DNA from: Planctomycetota bacterium
Lineage (GTDB): Bacteria; Planctomycetota; Planctomycetia; JALXBF01
DNA: 36,794 nt
Assembly: GCA_026991575.1 (NCBI GenBank)
Contig: JALXBF010000170.1
Span: 1-36,794 of the forward strand
Reading direction: 5' to 3'
The first letter of the stretch is position 1; every line of letters starts with the position of its first letter. Positions 1 through 9,961 of this stretch are shown in pieces. Made by a program: the position numbers and the translations under genes. The notes below the pieces were generated by a model. It did no database searches, had not been told where the DNA came from, and saw only the letters and a list, made by a program, of their open reading frames with translations.

Positions 1-148
1 CTGCTGGGGCAATTCGCCCATCCCCTCGGCAGGGGTGCTGCACTCCATGCCCCCTCGCGAGAACGTAGGCTACCTTCGACTAACAGGGTCCAGGCCAAAC
101 CGTGGTGACGACTTCCACCTCGCTGATCCAACGCGCTCCGACGCGCAC

Positions 149-178
149 CGGGCGGGGGGGCATAAAGCCCCCCGCCCG
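149..178. repeat. GC-rich hairpin (REP-like or terminator-like)
   Basis: CGGGCGGGGGGGC-ATAAA-GCCCCCCGCCCG inverted repeat with one bulged G, in non-coding DNA. Confidence 0.4.
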
Positions 179-495
179 CCGATTGGAGCAGGCTGCCGTG
201 TTGATTTGGCAGTGCCGGACGCAGCTGGAGTTTATCGCTGACGCAAGCGGCAGGAGCGAGTTTGCGCCCGGCTGGGCGGGGAGCGAGCACGCGCGAGACA
301 CTGCTCATCGGGGTGCCAGCGTGTGGACGGGGTGCGCTCCGTAGGCTCCGGTGCCGAAGGGGACGCTCTCGCACCGTGGGCGACACCGGCGCGCGATAGC
401 TCCCTGTCGTGCACACGGTGCGTCGCGACCACGCCCTGCGGCCAGTGTGCACCTCGTCCGTGAGCAGACAGAGGTGGGTTTCCGCGGGCACCCGC

Positions 496-1713
496 TCAGG
501 GCCCCCCTGGCATGTACCCCGCCGACGGTCGATCCTCACGCAGGATCGAGTGGCAGAACGCGTAGAAGAGCCACTCAGGCTCCTCGCTCAGGTACCCCTT
601 CTTCCGCAGCTCCGACATCACGACCGCCTTCTGCTCGGCCGCGAACCAACTGATCCAGAACAACACCATCGCACACAGCCAGATCAGCTGCTCAATCGCC
701 ACCCACGTGCGGACCAGAAACTTCTCCAAGTCGAACAGCTGCTTCAGCCCCCGATTCAGCTGCTCCGCCGCCCAGCGCTTCCTGTAGCGCTTCACCCACC
801 ACTGCGGTGTACGACCCCTACCACGCGCCGCCGGAGAAACCAGCACATACAGCGGATCACGACCAGGCAACAACGCCACCACGCACAGACACTCGTACCC
901 CTCTAGCCCAGGCAGCCTCACCCGAAAGCGTCCAATCCGACGAACGCCTTGCGCCCCCTCCGACAATCGTTTCGCAAGTTCCGAAATCCTCACCACTTCC
1001 CCGTCCGCCAGCACCACATGCCGGTCCCCGCGTGAACGCACCGCAAACGGACACCCCGCCGCCAGCAACGCCCGAAGAATCGCCACCCGGTCAAACCCAC
1101 GGTCCATCAGAAACAACGGCTCCTTGCCCGCCTCCCTCAGCCACTCCAGCACGCCAAGCACAAACGCAATCATCTCCCGGTTCTCGCTGTCCCCTCGACC
1201 CGAATACACCGCCAACAAAGCCAGATCCAGCGGCGTCAGACGACCATGCTCCACGGCTGTTGCCGGCACTGCCATGTACCCAGGACGCAGCACGCCCGCC
1301 GGATCACTGTGGTCCTTCACCTTGCCCAACCCCTCCAGACGCCTCGCCCACGGCTTCGACAGATCCGTCTCATCCACCGCCACCAGCACCTGCTCACGTA
1401 AGTGCTTCAGCACCCGCTTCTTGTAACGATCAGTCACCAGGTCGACGTACGGCTCCGGCACCCGATCACTTGGCTGCTGACGGAGCAGACGGGAGGCTCG
1501 ATTCTCCAAACGCATCAAGTCCTCATCGCTCCACGCAGTGCGGGCACGCAACGCTCTCGTCAGGTGAGGTGCACCGGCAAGGCCAAGCCCAAGCATCAGC
1601 CTCGCTACCAGCCAACGTGCCTTCTCCCTCAGAATTGGCCTTGCCAGATCCGCCGCGAACTGCCACAATTACTCGCAACAGGCGTCCGAAAATTTCCAGT
1701 TTTCTCTTGCCAT
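496..1713 (-). mobile_element. IS4-family DDE transposase, probably inactivated by an in-frame TAA at codon 15
   Basis: DDE motifs VAVDETD and MDRGFD plus the IS4 Y-2-R-3-E-6-K signature (YRKRWAAEQLNRGLK). GGAGG RBS (1724-1720) and ATG at 1713 give MARENWKFSDACCE-TAA(1671-1669), in frame with ORF 1668-496. Confidence 0.85.
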
Positions 1714-1717
1714 TGCT

Positions 1718-1771
1718 CGCCTCCGTGCTCTTGGTTTGGTTTTCCTAACCTATGGCACGGAGGCGTTTTTT
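1718..1771. promoter_or_regulatory. Inverted repeat covering the transposase RBS; also terminator-like on + strand
   Basis: CGCCTCCGTGC (1718-1728) pairs perfectly with GCACGGAGGCG (1755-1765); inner GGTT/AACC pairing; followed by TTTTTT on +. Confidence 0.6.
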
Positions 1772-1780
1772 GTGCAAGAT

Positions 1781-1822
1781 CTCTTCAGCGATAGACTCCA
1801 GCTCTTCAGCGATAAACTCCAG
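1781..1822 (+). repeat. 21-bp tandem direct repeat (2 copies, 1 mismatch)
   Basis: CTCTTCAGCGATAGACTCCAG / CTCTTCAGCGATAAACTCCAG. Confidence 0.9.
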
Positions 1823-2045
1823 CCAGTTGGCGTTGTCGGGACAGGACTTCTTGTCGTACAGTGCGGCCTAGCACGATGCCTGTCCTCTGGTTGTGACAGG
1901 CTCCGACGGGCTTGACCGAACCGGGGTGGACAGCACCTGCAAACCGAGCAGGTGGCCCATCGGTGCCTCGTGCGGGGCCTCATCCGACTGTCTCTCGGCG
2001 TTGCCGGCGGCGGGGCTGCTACGGGGCTGAACGCGGGCGAGCACG

Positions 2046-3005
2046 ATGCCTGGTTTGCAGGTTAGCGCCGAAACTGTGGTCGAAAGGCACATAGGGTGGC
2101 TGGAGCAACGGCTGCGGGGCTGGTGCGGAGCGGAGGACGGTCGCCTGGGTAGGCTGGGCCACTGGCTCCTGCGCTGTCCTCATGGCCCGGCCGTGCTGAT
2201 CCGGTTTACTGCAGGCTCGGGCGAGACCGGTGGCCTGCTAGTTGCGCTGCCGAAGCGGCTGCGGGTAGCCGACGAAGCGCTGACTGCTCTCGACCCGGTC
2301 ATCGTTGCGGTACACCCTGCCTACCGCACGCTCGGTCCGCTGGCACGGATGCACCGGGCGCTGGAGCAATGGGCCACAGAGGTGGGCATCCCGCTGCTGC
2401 TTGCGACGCCTCCGCGTCCGCATGCCACGATCTACCGATGGCTCGGCTATCGGCGGGTTGGGGCCATTGAGCGGTGGAGGCTGCGGGTCTTCCGGGACGG
2501 GACGCGCCAAGCAGAAGAAGCGTATGACTGCACAGCAGACGACTGCATGTGTCTGGCGGTGCACGGGACAGTCTTCCCCGCTGTGGTGGCTTACGACTGG
2601 GGATCCGGTGGCCTGCTTAGTTGGCGTTTCACGTCGCGGGCCGTAGATGCGTTCGAGGTTGCAGATCCCAGCGGAGGGAGGGCTGCTTGGGGCATTGTCA
2701 CGGCACGCGGGCGTGTTGGTGTGGTCGAAGCCTGCGGCGGCTCGGCGACAGCGGACGGGCGGTGGCTGGAGCAACTGGTGCAGGCAGTCGGGAGTTGGGC
2801 GGCTTCGCGGTCGTTGTTGCGTATCCGATTCCTTGCCTTGGAGGGCTCTCCCGCATCGGCGACCTTTGAGCGGATGGGGCTGAGCCAGGTGCCCGCTACG
2901 CGCGAGCTGTGGCTAAAGCCGCTGGCGCGGACTGACACGCTTTCGGCGGTGCTGTCGGCCCGAAAATGGCACTTTGATCGCGGTCTCTGTGGTGCCGCTG
3001 GCTGA
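2046..3005 (+). CDS. GNAT-family N-acyltransferase-like protein
   Basis: Motif A-like VAVHPAYRTLG followed by IYRWLGY; length fits a two-domain GNAT; lies upstream of an ACP. Confidence 0.55.
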   Translation: MPGLQVSAETVVERHIGWLEQRLRGWCGAEDGRLGRLGHWLLRCPHGPAVLIRFTAGSGETGGLLVALPKRLRVADEALTALDPVIVAVHPAYRTLGPLARMHRALEQWATEVGIPLLLATPPRPHATIYRWLGYRRVGAIERWRLRVFRDGTRQAEEAYDCTADDCMCLAVHGTVFPAVVAYDWGSGGLLSWRFTSRAVDAFEVADPSGGRAAWGIVTARGRVGVVEACGGSATADGRWLEQLVQAVGSWAASRSLLRIRFLALEGSPASATFERMGLSQVPATRELWLKPLARTDTLSAVLSARKWHFDRGLCGAAG

Positions 3006-3604
3006 GGGGACTGACCAGAAGCGCCCCAAGAATGAGCTTGAGTTTGCCGATGGGAGGAAAGGGAGGGGGCAGAGGGACTGACAGCGGGTTTCGCGACTCC
3101 TGTGCGCCGCGGTGTCGGCGGCCTCCTCTTGACGACCGCTGTGCCGCGGCGCGGCAGGATGGTTCTCTATGCTTCGTGTGCCCGTGCGGGCGACGCAGCA
3201 GCTGCGAGATCAGACGCCCACAGTGCTCGTCGCACATAAGGCCCACTGCCCAGCTCATAATGGCCTGCCGTTCAGTCTGCCTGCACGCGGCACGCGATCG
3301 AGTAGCAAGCAATTCCCGGGCCGCCACGCGCGGGTGAGTGTTCTGGCGAGGCAGGCGCGCGCAGACTGCGGACGCCCGCTCCCTGCCCACGCTGGCCTTG
3401 GGGTCGCTCGGCCATACCTTTCCAGGACGTGGGGGATATCGCTGACTCCGGAGTTCCTATCGCGGTGATGAGCTTTTCACCCGCAGGGACCTGGCGGCCA
3501 GCCCGGCCGATCCGCGGTCCATCTGCAAGGCGGCTCTTTGCGTCCAAATCTCCAGCTATGATTGAGCAGGGGCCAAATCGCGGTTGCAATCAGAGGACCG
3601 TGCC

Positions 3605-3859
3605 ATGCAGGAGATCGAATGGGCCATTCGCGAGTACCTTGCTACGCACACCGGTCGCGACGACGTGCGAACGCTCGGGGCCAACGAGTCGTTGCTTGAA
3701 TCGGGCATCATCGATTCGGCCACCATGGTCGGCCTGATCAGTTTTATCGAAGAGCAGTACGGCTTTGCCGTCGACGAGGAGGACATGGTGCCGGAAAACT
3801 TCGAGACACTGGCCGCGATCGCCCGTTACATTTCGGAGTCGCGTTCGGCTCGGCCCTGA
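3605..3859 (+). CDS. Acyl/peptidyl carrier protein
   Basis: 84 aa acidic protein with phosphopantetheine site GIIDS and PENFETL tail; GAGGA RBS upstream of ATG 3605. Confidence 0.9.
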   Translation: MQEIEWAIREYLATHTGRDDVRTLGANESLLESGIIDSATMVGLISFIEEQYGFAVDEEDMVPENFETLAAIARYISESRSARP

Positions 3860-4280
3860 AGAGCCGGTCACGTGCCTGGCGAACTGAGGACTTGCCCCCG
3901 TCGCTTCTGCCGTTGCGGGTACCCCGGACCGTGCTTGCGAAGCGCAGCGAAACATTCATGGTCACGTCGCAGGTAACGCTGCGCGGGGGCATGGACAACC
4001 TTTGGTCCGGGGACAAGTCCTGTTGGCCTACTCGTCGGAGCGGCGCGGCAGGGGAGGGCCACATGGTTCGATCCGCCCGGGAAACGTCCGTCCGCCGGCG
4101 CCCCGGCTCGCAGCCGCCTGTTCCGGGCACACGTGCAAGAGCGGAATCTTACCTGCCGCCGGTTTCGTTCTGCCGCACGGAGCTACCATCCGTTATCATG
4201 CTCTGCTGCCTGAGGCATGCACGTGTTGTGGAAGCAGGCCTGACCGAGTAGCCGCCCGCACTGACAGGGAGCCGCGTTCC

Positions 4281-5723
4281 GTGCACTGGTCCACCGCGCT
4301 CGCAGAACAAGCCGCGACCACGACAGCTGCCACGGCGTCGTTCTTGCCGCTCATCGCCCTGGGGCTCGGCATCGTCTGCGTGCTGGGCATGATCATTTTC
4401 CTGCGGATCAACGCGTTCATCTCGTTGATCACCGCAGCCATGCTCGTCAGCCTCTTCGTGCCCGTCACACCGGAGATGCCGCCCCGTTTTACTCTGGTGG
4501 CCCAGGCGTTCGGGGAGGCGGCGGGTAAGATCGGCGTGGTGATTGCACTGGCGGCGGTCATCGGCAAGTGCATGATGGACAGCGGGGCGGCCGATCGAAT
4601 CGTTCGTGCCTTCCTGCGGCTGCTGGGAGAGCGTCAGGCTGCTACGGGGCTGCTGTGCAGTGGCTTCGTCCTGGCCGTTCCGGTCTTCTTCGACACGGTC
4701 TTCTACCTGCTCGTGCCTCTGGCTCGTTCGCTGTTCCGGCGCACTCGCCGCGATTACGTGCTCTATGTGCTGGCGATTGCAGCCGGCGGGGCGATCACGC
4801 ATACCCTGGTGCCGCCAACGCCGGGACCGCTGGCGATGGCTGCCGAGCTCGGCGTTGACCTCGGGGTGATGATCCTCATGGGTACGGTGGTGGCGGTGCC
4901 GGCAGCGGCCGCGGGCCTGGTTACCGCCCGGTTCATGAACCGCTGGTGGCCTGTTCCCATGAGGCCGTTGCCCGGGGAGCGGGACGAACCAGCCATGCTG
5001 GATGACGAGGCACTGCCAGGGCTGTTCGTCTCAGCGCTCCCGATCGTGTTGCCCGTCGTACTAATCACGGCGAATACGGTTACGAAGACGCTGGCGGCGC
5101 AGGCGGGACCGGACTCCTTGTGGCAGGCGCTGTTGCCCTGGACTCAGCTGTTTGGCGACGCGAACTTCGCGCTGTGGGCATCCGCTGCGATCGCGCTTGG
5201 GGTCTATGTCAAGCAGCGTCGGCCCAGTTTGGCAGAGATGGCCGAGAACGTGGAACTGGCCCTGATGAGCGGCGGAGTAATTATCCTGATCACTGCTGCG
5301 GGTGGCGCGTTCGGCGCGATGCTGAAAGCGGCCCAGGTCGGCGATGCGATCCAGGGCCTCTTTGCCACCGGGGCCCGGCTCGACGGCCTGCTGCTGCTGT
5401 CGCTTGGTTTTGCGATCGCGGCCGTCCTGAAAGTTGCCCAGGGCTCCAGCACCGTGGCGATGATCACGACGGCCAGCATGGTGGCGGCTATGCTCGGAGA
5501 CACCGGCCAGCTTTCTTTCCACCCCGTCTACCTGTGCACGGCCATCGGAGCCGGCTCGCTGGTCGGCTCGTGGATGAACGACAGCGGGTTCTGGATCTTT
5601 GCGAAGATGAGCGGTTTTACGGAAACGGAAAGCCTACGCACCTGGACCGTCATGCTGCTGGTTCTTGCCATCGTCAGCTTTGCCGTCAGCGTTTTGCTGG
5701 TCACCGTCATGCCGTTGCGTTGA
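4281..5723 (+). CDS. GntP-family gluconate/sugar-acid:H+ symporter
   Basis: Polytopic membrane protein with PVFFD, HTLVPPTPGP, AQGSSTVA and SWMNDSGFW motifs; start moved to GTG 4281 (AGGGAG RBS). Confidence 0.88.
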   Translation: MHWSTALAEQAATTTAATASFLPLIALGLGIVCVLGMIIFLRINAFISLITAAMLVSLFVPVTPEMPPRFTLVAQAFGEAAGKIGVVIALAAVIGKCMMDSGAADRIVRAFLRLLGERQAATGLLCSGFVLAVPVFFDTVFYLLVPLARSLFRRTRRDYVLYVLAIAAGGAITHTLVPPTPGPLAMAAELGVDLGVMILMGTVVAVPAAAAGLVTARFMNRWWPVPMRPLPGERDEPAMLDDEALPGLFVSALPIVLPVVLITANTVTKTLAAQAGPDSLWQALLPWTQLFGDANFALWASAAIALGVYVKQRRPSLAEMAENVELALMSGGVIILITAAGGAFGAMLKAAQVGDAIQGLFATGARLDGLLLLSLGFAIAAVLKVAQGSSTVAMITTASMVAAMLGDTGQLSFHPVYLCTAIGAGSLVGSWMNDSGFWIFAKMSGFTETESLRTWTVMLLVLAIVSFAVSVLLVTVMPLR

Positions 5724-5754
5724 GTTGGACCACGCGACCTGACACACCGTGGTC

Positions 5755-7542
5755 ATGAACCCACCGATGAGTGTTGCTGCTGCCGCCGCGTTGCCCCCCG
5801 AGGCCCCGGTCCGCCGCTGGGAGCGACTTGCTCTGCTGGTCCTGGCCCTGGTTGTCGTTCTGCTTCGAGTGCATACCCTGCGCGAACCGCTGGACTGCGA
5901 CGAGGCGGCTTACGGGTATGTGGCGTACCGCCTGCTGCGGGGTGACCGGCTGTACGTGGACGTCTTCGAGAACAAGCCCCCGATGGCATACCTGCCCTAC
6001 GCCGCGGCCATTGCGATTGGGGGCTATACGGAGCGCGCCATCCGGTGGTTACCGGTACCGTTCTGCCTGGTAACGCTGTGGGCGGTGTGGCGAGCGGCAC
6101 GCCTGCTTGGGCCGCCGCCTATAGCGATGCTCGCCGCCGCCCTGTACGCCGTGTTGCAGGCGGATCCGCACGTCTTTGGCAACGGTGCCAACCTCGAGAT
6201 CTACATGAACGCCCTCCTGACCTGTGCCTTGTGGTTAGGGCTCCGCGCGTGGCTGAAGCGGCCGCTCAGCGGGCCGCTCTTGGTGACGATCGGAGCGCTG
6301 CTCGGTGCCGCGGCGGGCATCAAGCAAGTGGCCGGTTTGTACGCCGGGTATGCGATGCTGACGCTTGTCGTGTTGCCGGTCCTGCGCGGTGCGGGTTGGA
6401 AAGCCGGCCTACAAGGCCTGGGCGCGCTTTGCGTGGGCTTGGTCATGCCCTGGCTGGCGATGGCGGGCTACTGCTTCTTCAAGGGGGAAATTGATGCGTT
6501 TTGGCACGCTGTCTTCGTCTACGCCCCGGAAGTGGCCCGCGAGGCGTCCGCGTCTCTGTACCGGACGTATGCCCACGCCTACTGGCTCAGCAGCTTCCCC
6601 AGTTCGGCAAGCGACGGCTTATCCTGGCCCGGCAGCATGGTCGTCCAGGTTCCGCTAGGTTCAGCCACTCGGATCAACGCGCGCTTACTGGTCCTGGCCC
6701 AGTGGCTGCTGCTGGGCAACCCGATGGCTAATGCCTGGTGGGGGACGGTCATCTGGCCAGTACTGCTGCTGGCGATCCGCCAGGCCCTGCGCGCAGCGGT
6801 TGCGCCGCACCGCATTCCGGGGTCGGCCTTCGTCGCAGGCTGGTTTGCCGTGACCGTGGCGGCCATCGCCTGGCCCGGCCTCTTCTGGCAGCACTACTAC
6901 ATGTTGCTCGTGCCCGTGGTCGCCGTGCTTGCCGGCCGGCTGGTCGGTGAACTTTGGCTGGTGCCGGATCCGTGGCGCCGGCTGCGACGGGCGACGGCCG
7001 ATCGCTGGATCGCCGCGGCGCTGGTGCTGGCCGTGCCTGCGCTGCAGGCGTGGCGATACGCCCCGCTTAGCCCTGAGGCGGTCACGATCCAGTACAAAGG
7101 AGGCCTGCAGTGGGTTGCGCTACGCAACCTGGGCTACAAGCTGCGTAAGGCGTTCGATCCGAACACGAAGCTGTTCGTCTGGGGCTGGCAGAGCCCGCTG
7201 CATCTGTATACTGGCTTTGATTCCGTGACCCCATATTTCTTCACGGATCCGCTCATGCAGGCGTACGTGGACCGAAGCCACCCACTAGTGAATGAGCGGA
7301 AGCAGCGGATCATTACAGACCTGATGGCGCACCGCCCCGGTTTGATCTTCGTCGGCGAGCGGCCGTTCCGGGAACTACAGCGATTGCTCGGAAATGAGTA
7401 CCTGCCGGTCAACCGTTTGCCCCTGCAGGAGCGCGGACTGTACGTGCGGATCGATCTGGCGATACAGGTCCTCCGGCAGCGGGGTCCGGCGGTGCTGCCC
7501 GGACCTCGACCGCTGTCACCGTGGGGGATGGAGCGTGAGTGA
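5755..7542 (+). CDS. GT-C (GT39/ArnT-like) membrane glycosyltransferase
   Basis: DEAAY...LYVDVFENKPP first-loop motif, IKQ, HYY, many TM helices and a soluble C-terminal domain; start uncertain (5749/5755/5767). Confidence 0.8.
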   Translation: MNPPMSVAAAAALPPEAPVRRWERLALLVLALVVVLLRVHTLREPLDCDEAAYGYVAYRLLRGDRLYVDVFENKPPMAYLPYAAAIAIGGYTERAIRWLPVPFCLVTLWAVWRAARLLGPPPIAMLAAALYAVLQADPHVFGNGANLEIYMNALLTCALWLGLRAWLKRPLSGPLLVTIGALLGAAAGIKQVAGLYAGYAMLTLVVLPVLRGAGWKAGLQGLGALCVGLVMPWLAMAGYCFFKGEIDAFWHAVFVYAPEVAREASASLYRTYAHAYWLSSFPSSASDGLSWPGSMVVQVPLGSATRINARLLVLAQWLLLGNPMANAWWGTVIWPVLLLAIRQALRAAVAPHRIPGSAFVAGWFAVTVAAIAWPGLFWQHYYMLLVPVVAVLAGRLVGELWLVPDPWRRLRRATADRWIAAALVLAVPALQAWRYAPLSPEAVTIQYKGGLQWVALRNLGYKLRKAFDPNTKLFVWGWQSPLHLYTGFDSVTPYFFTDPLMQAYVDRSHPLVNERKQRIITDLMAHRPGLIFVGERPFRELQRLLGNEYLPVNRLPLQERGLYVRIDLAIQVLRQRGPAVLPGPRPLSPWGMERE

Positions 7543-7966
7543 GTTCCGTCGCTGGCTGTACTGGTCGTACCTAGCGGGATTGACGCTGCTGCTGATCGTG
7601 CCGTTGGATCCGGTTCTGGCGCCGACGACAGCTAGCCGTCAGCATGCCCGAGTGGTGATGACTGCCGGGCACGCTCTAGGCTACCTGGTGGCCGGCGTGC
7701 TAGCGGTGGGTAGCGGACTGTCGAGCCGCATGGCCCTGGCAGTAGCCACGGCGCACGGCCCGCTGATGGAAGCGATTCAGGGGCTATTACCGTCGCGAAC
7801 CTGTGAATTGTCGGACATGGTGGTCGACGTGTTGGGGGTGGCCGCGGGAGCGGTGCTGGCCGGGAGCCTGGCACGCTGTCGGAAGCGGCTCGAGCACGCT
7901 CCAGGCGGCCTCGGCAACTCTTCCCCTAAACCGGCCGACCTTCGGACAACCCGTTTGCCTGCTTAG
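7535..7966 (+). CDS. VanZ-family membrane protein
   Basis: HALGY and EAIQGLLPSRTCELSDMVVDVLG motifs; GTG start overlaps the upstream gene end. Confidence 0.75.
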   Translation: MSEFRRWLYWSYLAGLTLLLIVPLDPVLAPTTASRQHARVVMTAGHALGYLVAGVLAVGSGLSSRMALAVATAHGPLMEAIQGLLPSRTCELSDMVVDVLGVAAGAVLAGSLARCRKRLEHAPGGLGNSSPKPADLRTTRLPA

Positions 7967-9032
7967 CGGTTGGTGGCGTGGACCAGAGCCACAGTGCCAG
8001 CAGCGCGCCGGTGGCAATCAGTACCAGGCTGATCCATTGTGCAATGGTCAGGCCGAGAGCCAGTGGGGGCAGGTCGTCGCGCAAGATTTCGATCAGGAAG
8101 CGCTGGCAGCCATAGGCGACCATCAGGGCGACGGCGCCCAGACCGCTGCGCCAACGTTCCGGTTGGCTCCAGGTCAGCCAGCACGCGATGATTACGCCGC
8201 CAAGCGTGCTGTAGAGCTGGGTTGGATGCACGGGCAGGCTGCCCGGCGGGCGCGGATCGAACCGGCCGGTTAGCGTGGTGCGTGTCCGTCCACGACGGAC
8301 AAGGAAGTGCACGTCCCGTCCGCTACCGATTTCGCGCAGGGTTGCGAAGAAAGCGGTCACCGTCGGCGTTGGCAGCGACCGTTGCGCGCCGGACGCACGT
8401 ACGCTCACGATGCGATCGCCCGGCTGCAGCCCGACCCGTTCGGCCCACGAGCCGGGCTGAATGTCCGTGACCACCACGCCTTCTGGCCCGGGCGCCAGAT
8501 CGAGTCCGGCGGAGACCAGGCCTTGCCGTAGGTGATGCATATAGGGGGGACTGCCGAAGGGAAACTGAACGGCCCAGGGTAGCAGTGTGGGATCGCCCCA
8601 GCAGCAGCCGTTCATGAAGCAGCCGATCCGGCCAACTGCGACGCCGGCGATTACGGCCGGAGCCAACAGGTCCAGCAGCTTGCGCCTGGGCAGTTTCTGG
8701 CGGGCAGTGTACCAGAAGAACGCTGCCACCGCACCGGCGACGCCGCCGTACAGAACAAGGCCTCCTTTCCATAGGGCGATTAGATCCAGCCAGCTGTGCA
8801 TCTGGTCCCAGAACATCGCTATGAAAAACAGCCTGCCCCCGATGACTCCGGCCAGCAGCATCCAGAGGCCGAGGTCCAGCAGGTTGCCCGGGGCAATGCC
8901 GAATCGGGAAGCACGCCGGCCGGCAATCCACAGGGCAACCACGAAACCCAGGAAGACGAACACGCCATAGCCGAACACGGGCAGTTCCATTCCCGTGCCC
9001 GGAATCGGGATGCGCAACAGAATCGGTCGCAT
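7926..9032 (-). CDS. lgt: Prolipoprotein diacylglyceryl transferase with PDZ-domain insertion
   Basis: GYG N-terminus, GGRLFF, GGLVLYGG, GRIGCFMNGCCWG, HPTQLY, RFLIEILRDD. Confidence 0.9.
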   Translation of the reverse strand: MRPILLRIPIPGTGMELPVFGYGVFVFLGFVVALWIAGRRASRFGIAPGNLLDLGLWMLLAGVIGGRLFFIAMFWDQMHSWLDLIALWKGGLVLYGGVAGAVAAFFWYTARQKLPRRKLLDLLAPAVIAGVAVGRIGCFMNGCCWGDPTLLPWAVQFPFGSPPYMHHLRQGLVSAGLDLAPGPEGVVVTDIQPGSWAERVGLQPGDRIVSVRASGAQRSLPTPTVTAFFATLREIGSGRDVHFLVRRGRTRTTLTGRFDPRPPGSLPVHPTQLYSTLGGVIIACWLTWSQPERWRSGLGAVALMVAYGCQRFLIEILRDDLPPLALGLTIAQWISLVLIATGALLALWLWSTPPTAKQANGLSEGRPV

Positions 9033-9045
9033 GGGTGGTCCTTTG

Positions 9046-9909
9046 CTAGTGTGTCGGTTCGGGAGGGGGCGTCCAAAGGGGTAAGTTATCGATCAGCCGG
9101 GTCTGACCGACGCGGCCGGCCACGATCAGCAGTGCCTGTTCCGTTGCCGGATCGACGGGCTCGAACGATTCGGGGTCCACGACGTCGGCGTAGTCGACGG
9201 CAATGCCAGACTGTTCCATGATGCGTCGCATCAGGGTGCCGAGCGCCTCACGGCTTCGCTCGCCGGCCTGGAACCTTCTTCGCGCCTCGAACAGTGCCCG
9301 GGACAGTCCCAGTGCGCTGCGTCGCTGCTGAGGGTCGAGATACACGTTTCGCGAGCTCACGGCTAAGCCGTCCGGGTCGCGTACCGTGTCGCAGGCGACG
9401 ATCTCCAGCGGGAAGTTCAGATCTGCCACCATGCGGCGGATCACGGCGAGTTGCTGAGCATCCTTTTGTCCGAAGTAGGCGACGTCGGCAGGGATGATGT
9501 GGAAGAGCTTCGTGACAACGGTCGCAACCCCGCGAAAATGGCCCGGGCGGCAAGCCCCCTCGTACCGTTCCGTAATGCCCTCGACGTCCACATACGTGGA
9601 ATACCCGGCCGGGTACATCGCCTCCGGGCTTGGTGCGAACACCAGATCGACGCCTTCACGGGCGCAGAGCTGGACGTCGCGCTGGAAAGGGCGTGGGTAG
9701 CGGTCCAGGTCCTCGTTCGGGCCGAACTGCGTGGGGTTGACGAAGATCGAGACGACAACGAAGCTACATTCGCGCCGCGCGCGACGGATGAGGCTCAGGT
9801 GGCCCTCGTGCAACGCACCCATTGTCGGCACGAAGCCAACGCGTTTACCCGCCGCCCTGGCGGTCAGTACCGCCTGGCGGGCCCGCTGAAGGTCCCGTAC
9901 AACCTCCAC
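9046..9909 (-). CDS. panC: Pantoate--beta-alanine ligase
   Basis: GFVPTMGALHEGH, FVNPTQF, RPGHFRGV, FGQKDAQQ, SSRN, RLIDN; start GTG 9909 preferred (ORF opens at 9945). Confidence 0.96.
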   Translation of the reverse strand: MEVVRDLQRARQAVLTARAAGKRVGFVPTMGALHEGHLSLIRRARRECSFVVVSIFVNPTQFGPNEDLDRYPRPFQRDVQLCAREGVDLVFAPSPEAMYPAGYSTYVDVEGITERYEGACRPGHFRGVATVVTKLFHIIPADVAYFGQKDAQQLAVIRRMVADLNFPLEIVACDTVRDPDGLAVSSRNVYLDPQQRRSALGLSRALFEARRRFQAGERSREALGTLMRRIMEQSGIAVDYADVVDPESFEPVDPATEQALLIVAGRVGQTRLIDNLPLWTPPPEPTH

Positions 9910-9961
9910 GACTGCACCCCCGTAGACAGTGTGAAACTGTTGCATTGTACCGGTGGCCTGA

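Noticed and set aside
807..1748. 313-aa Pro-rich ORF on + strand
   Set aside because: Antisense shadow of the G-rich transposase; no motifs.
400..1950. Terminal inverted repeats and target-site duplication of the IS
   Set aside because: No convincing IR pair found by eye; element boundaries left undefined.
3006..3604. Short ORFs or ncRNA in the 600-bp gap before the ACP
   Set aside because: No RBS, motif or recognisable RNA structure that I can support.
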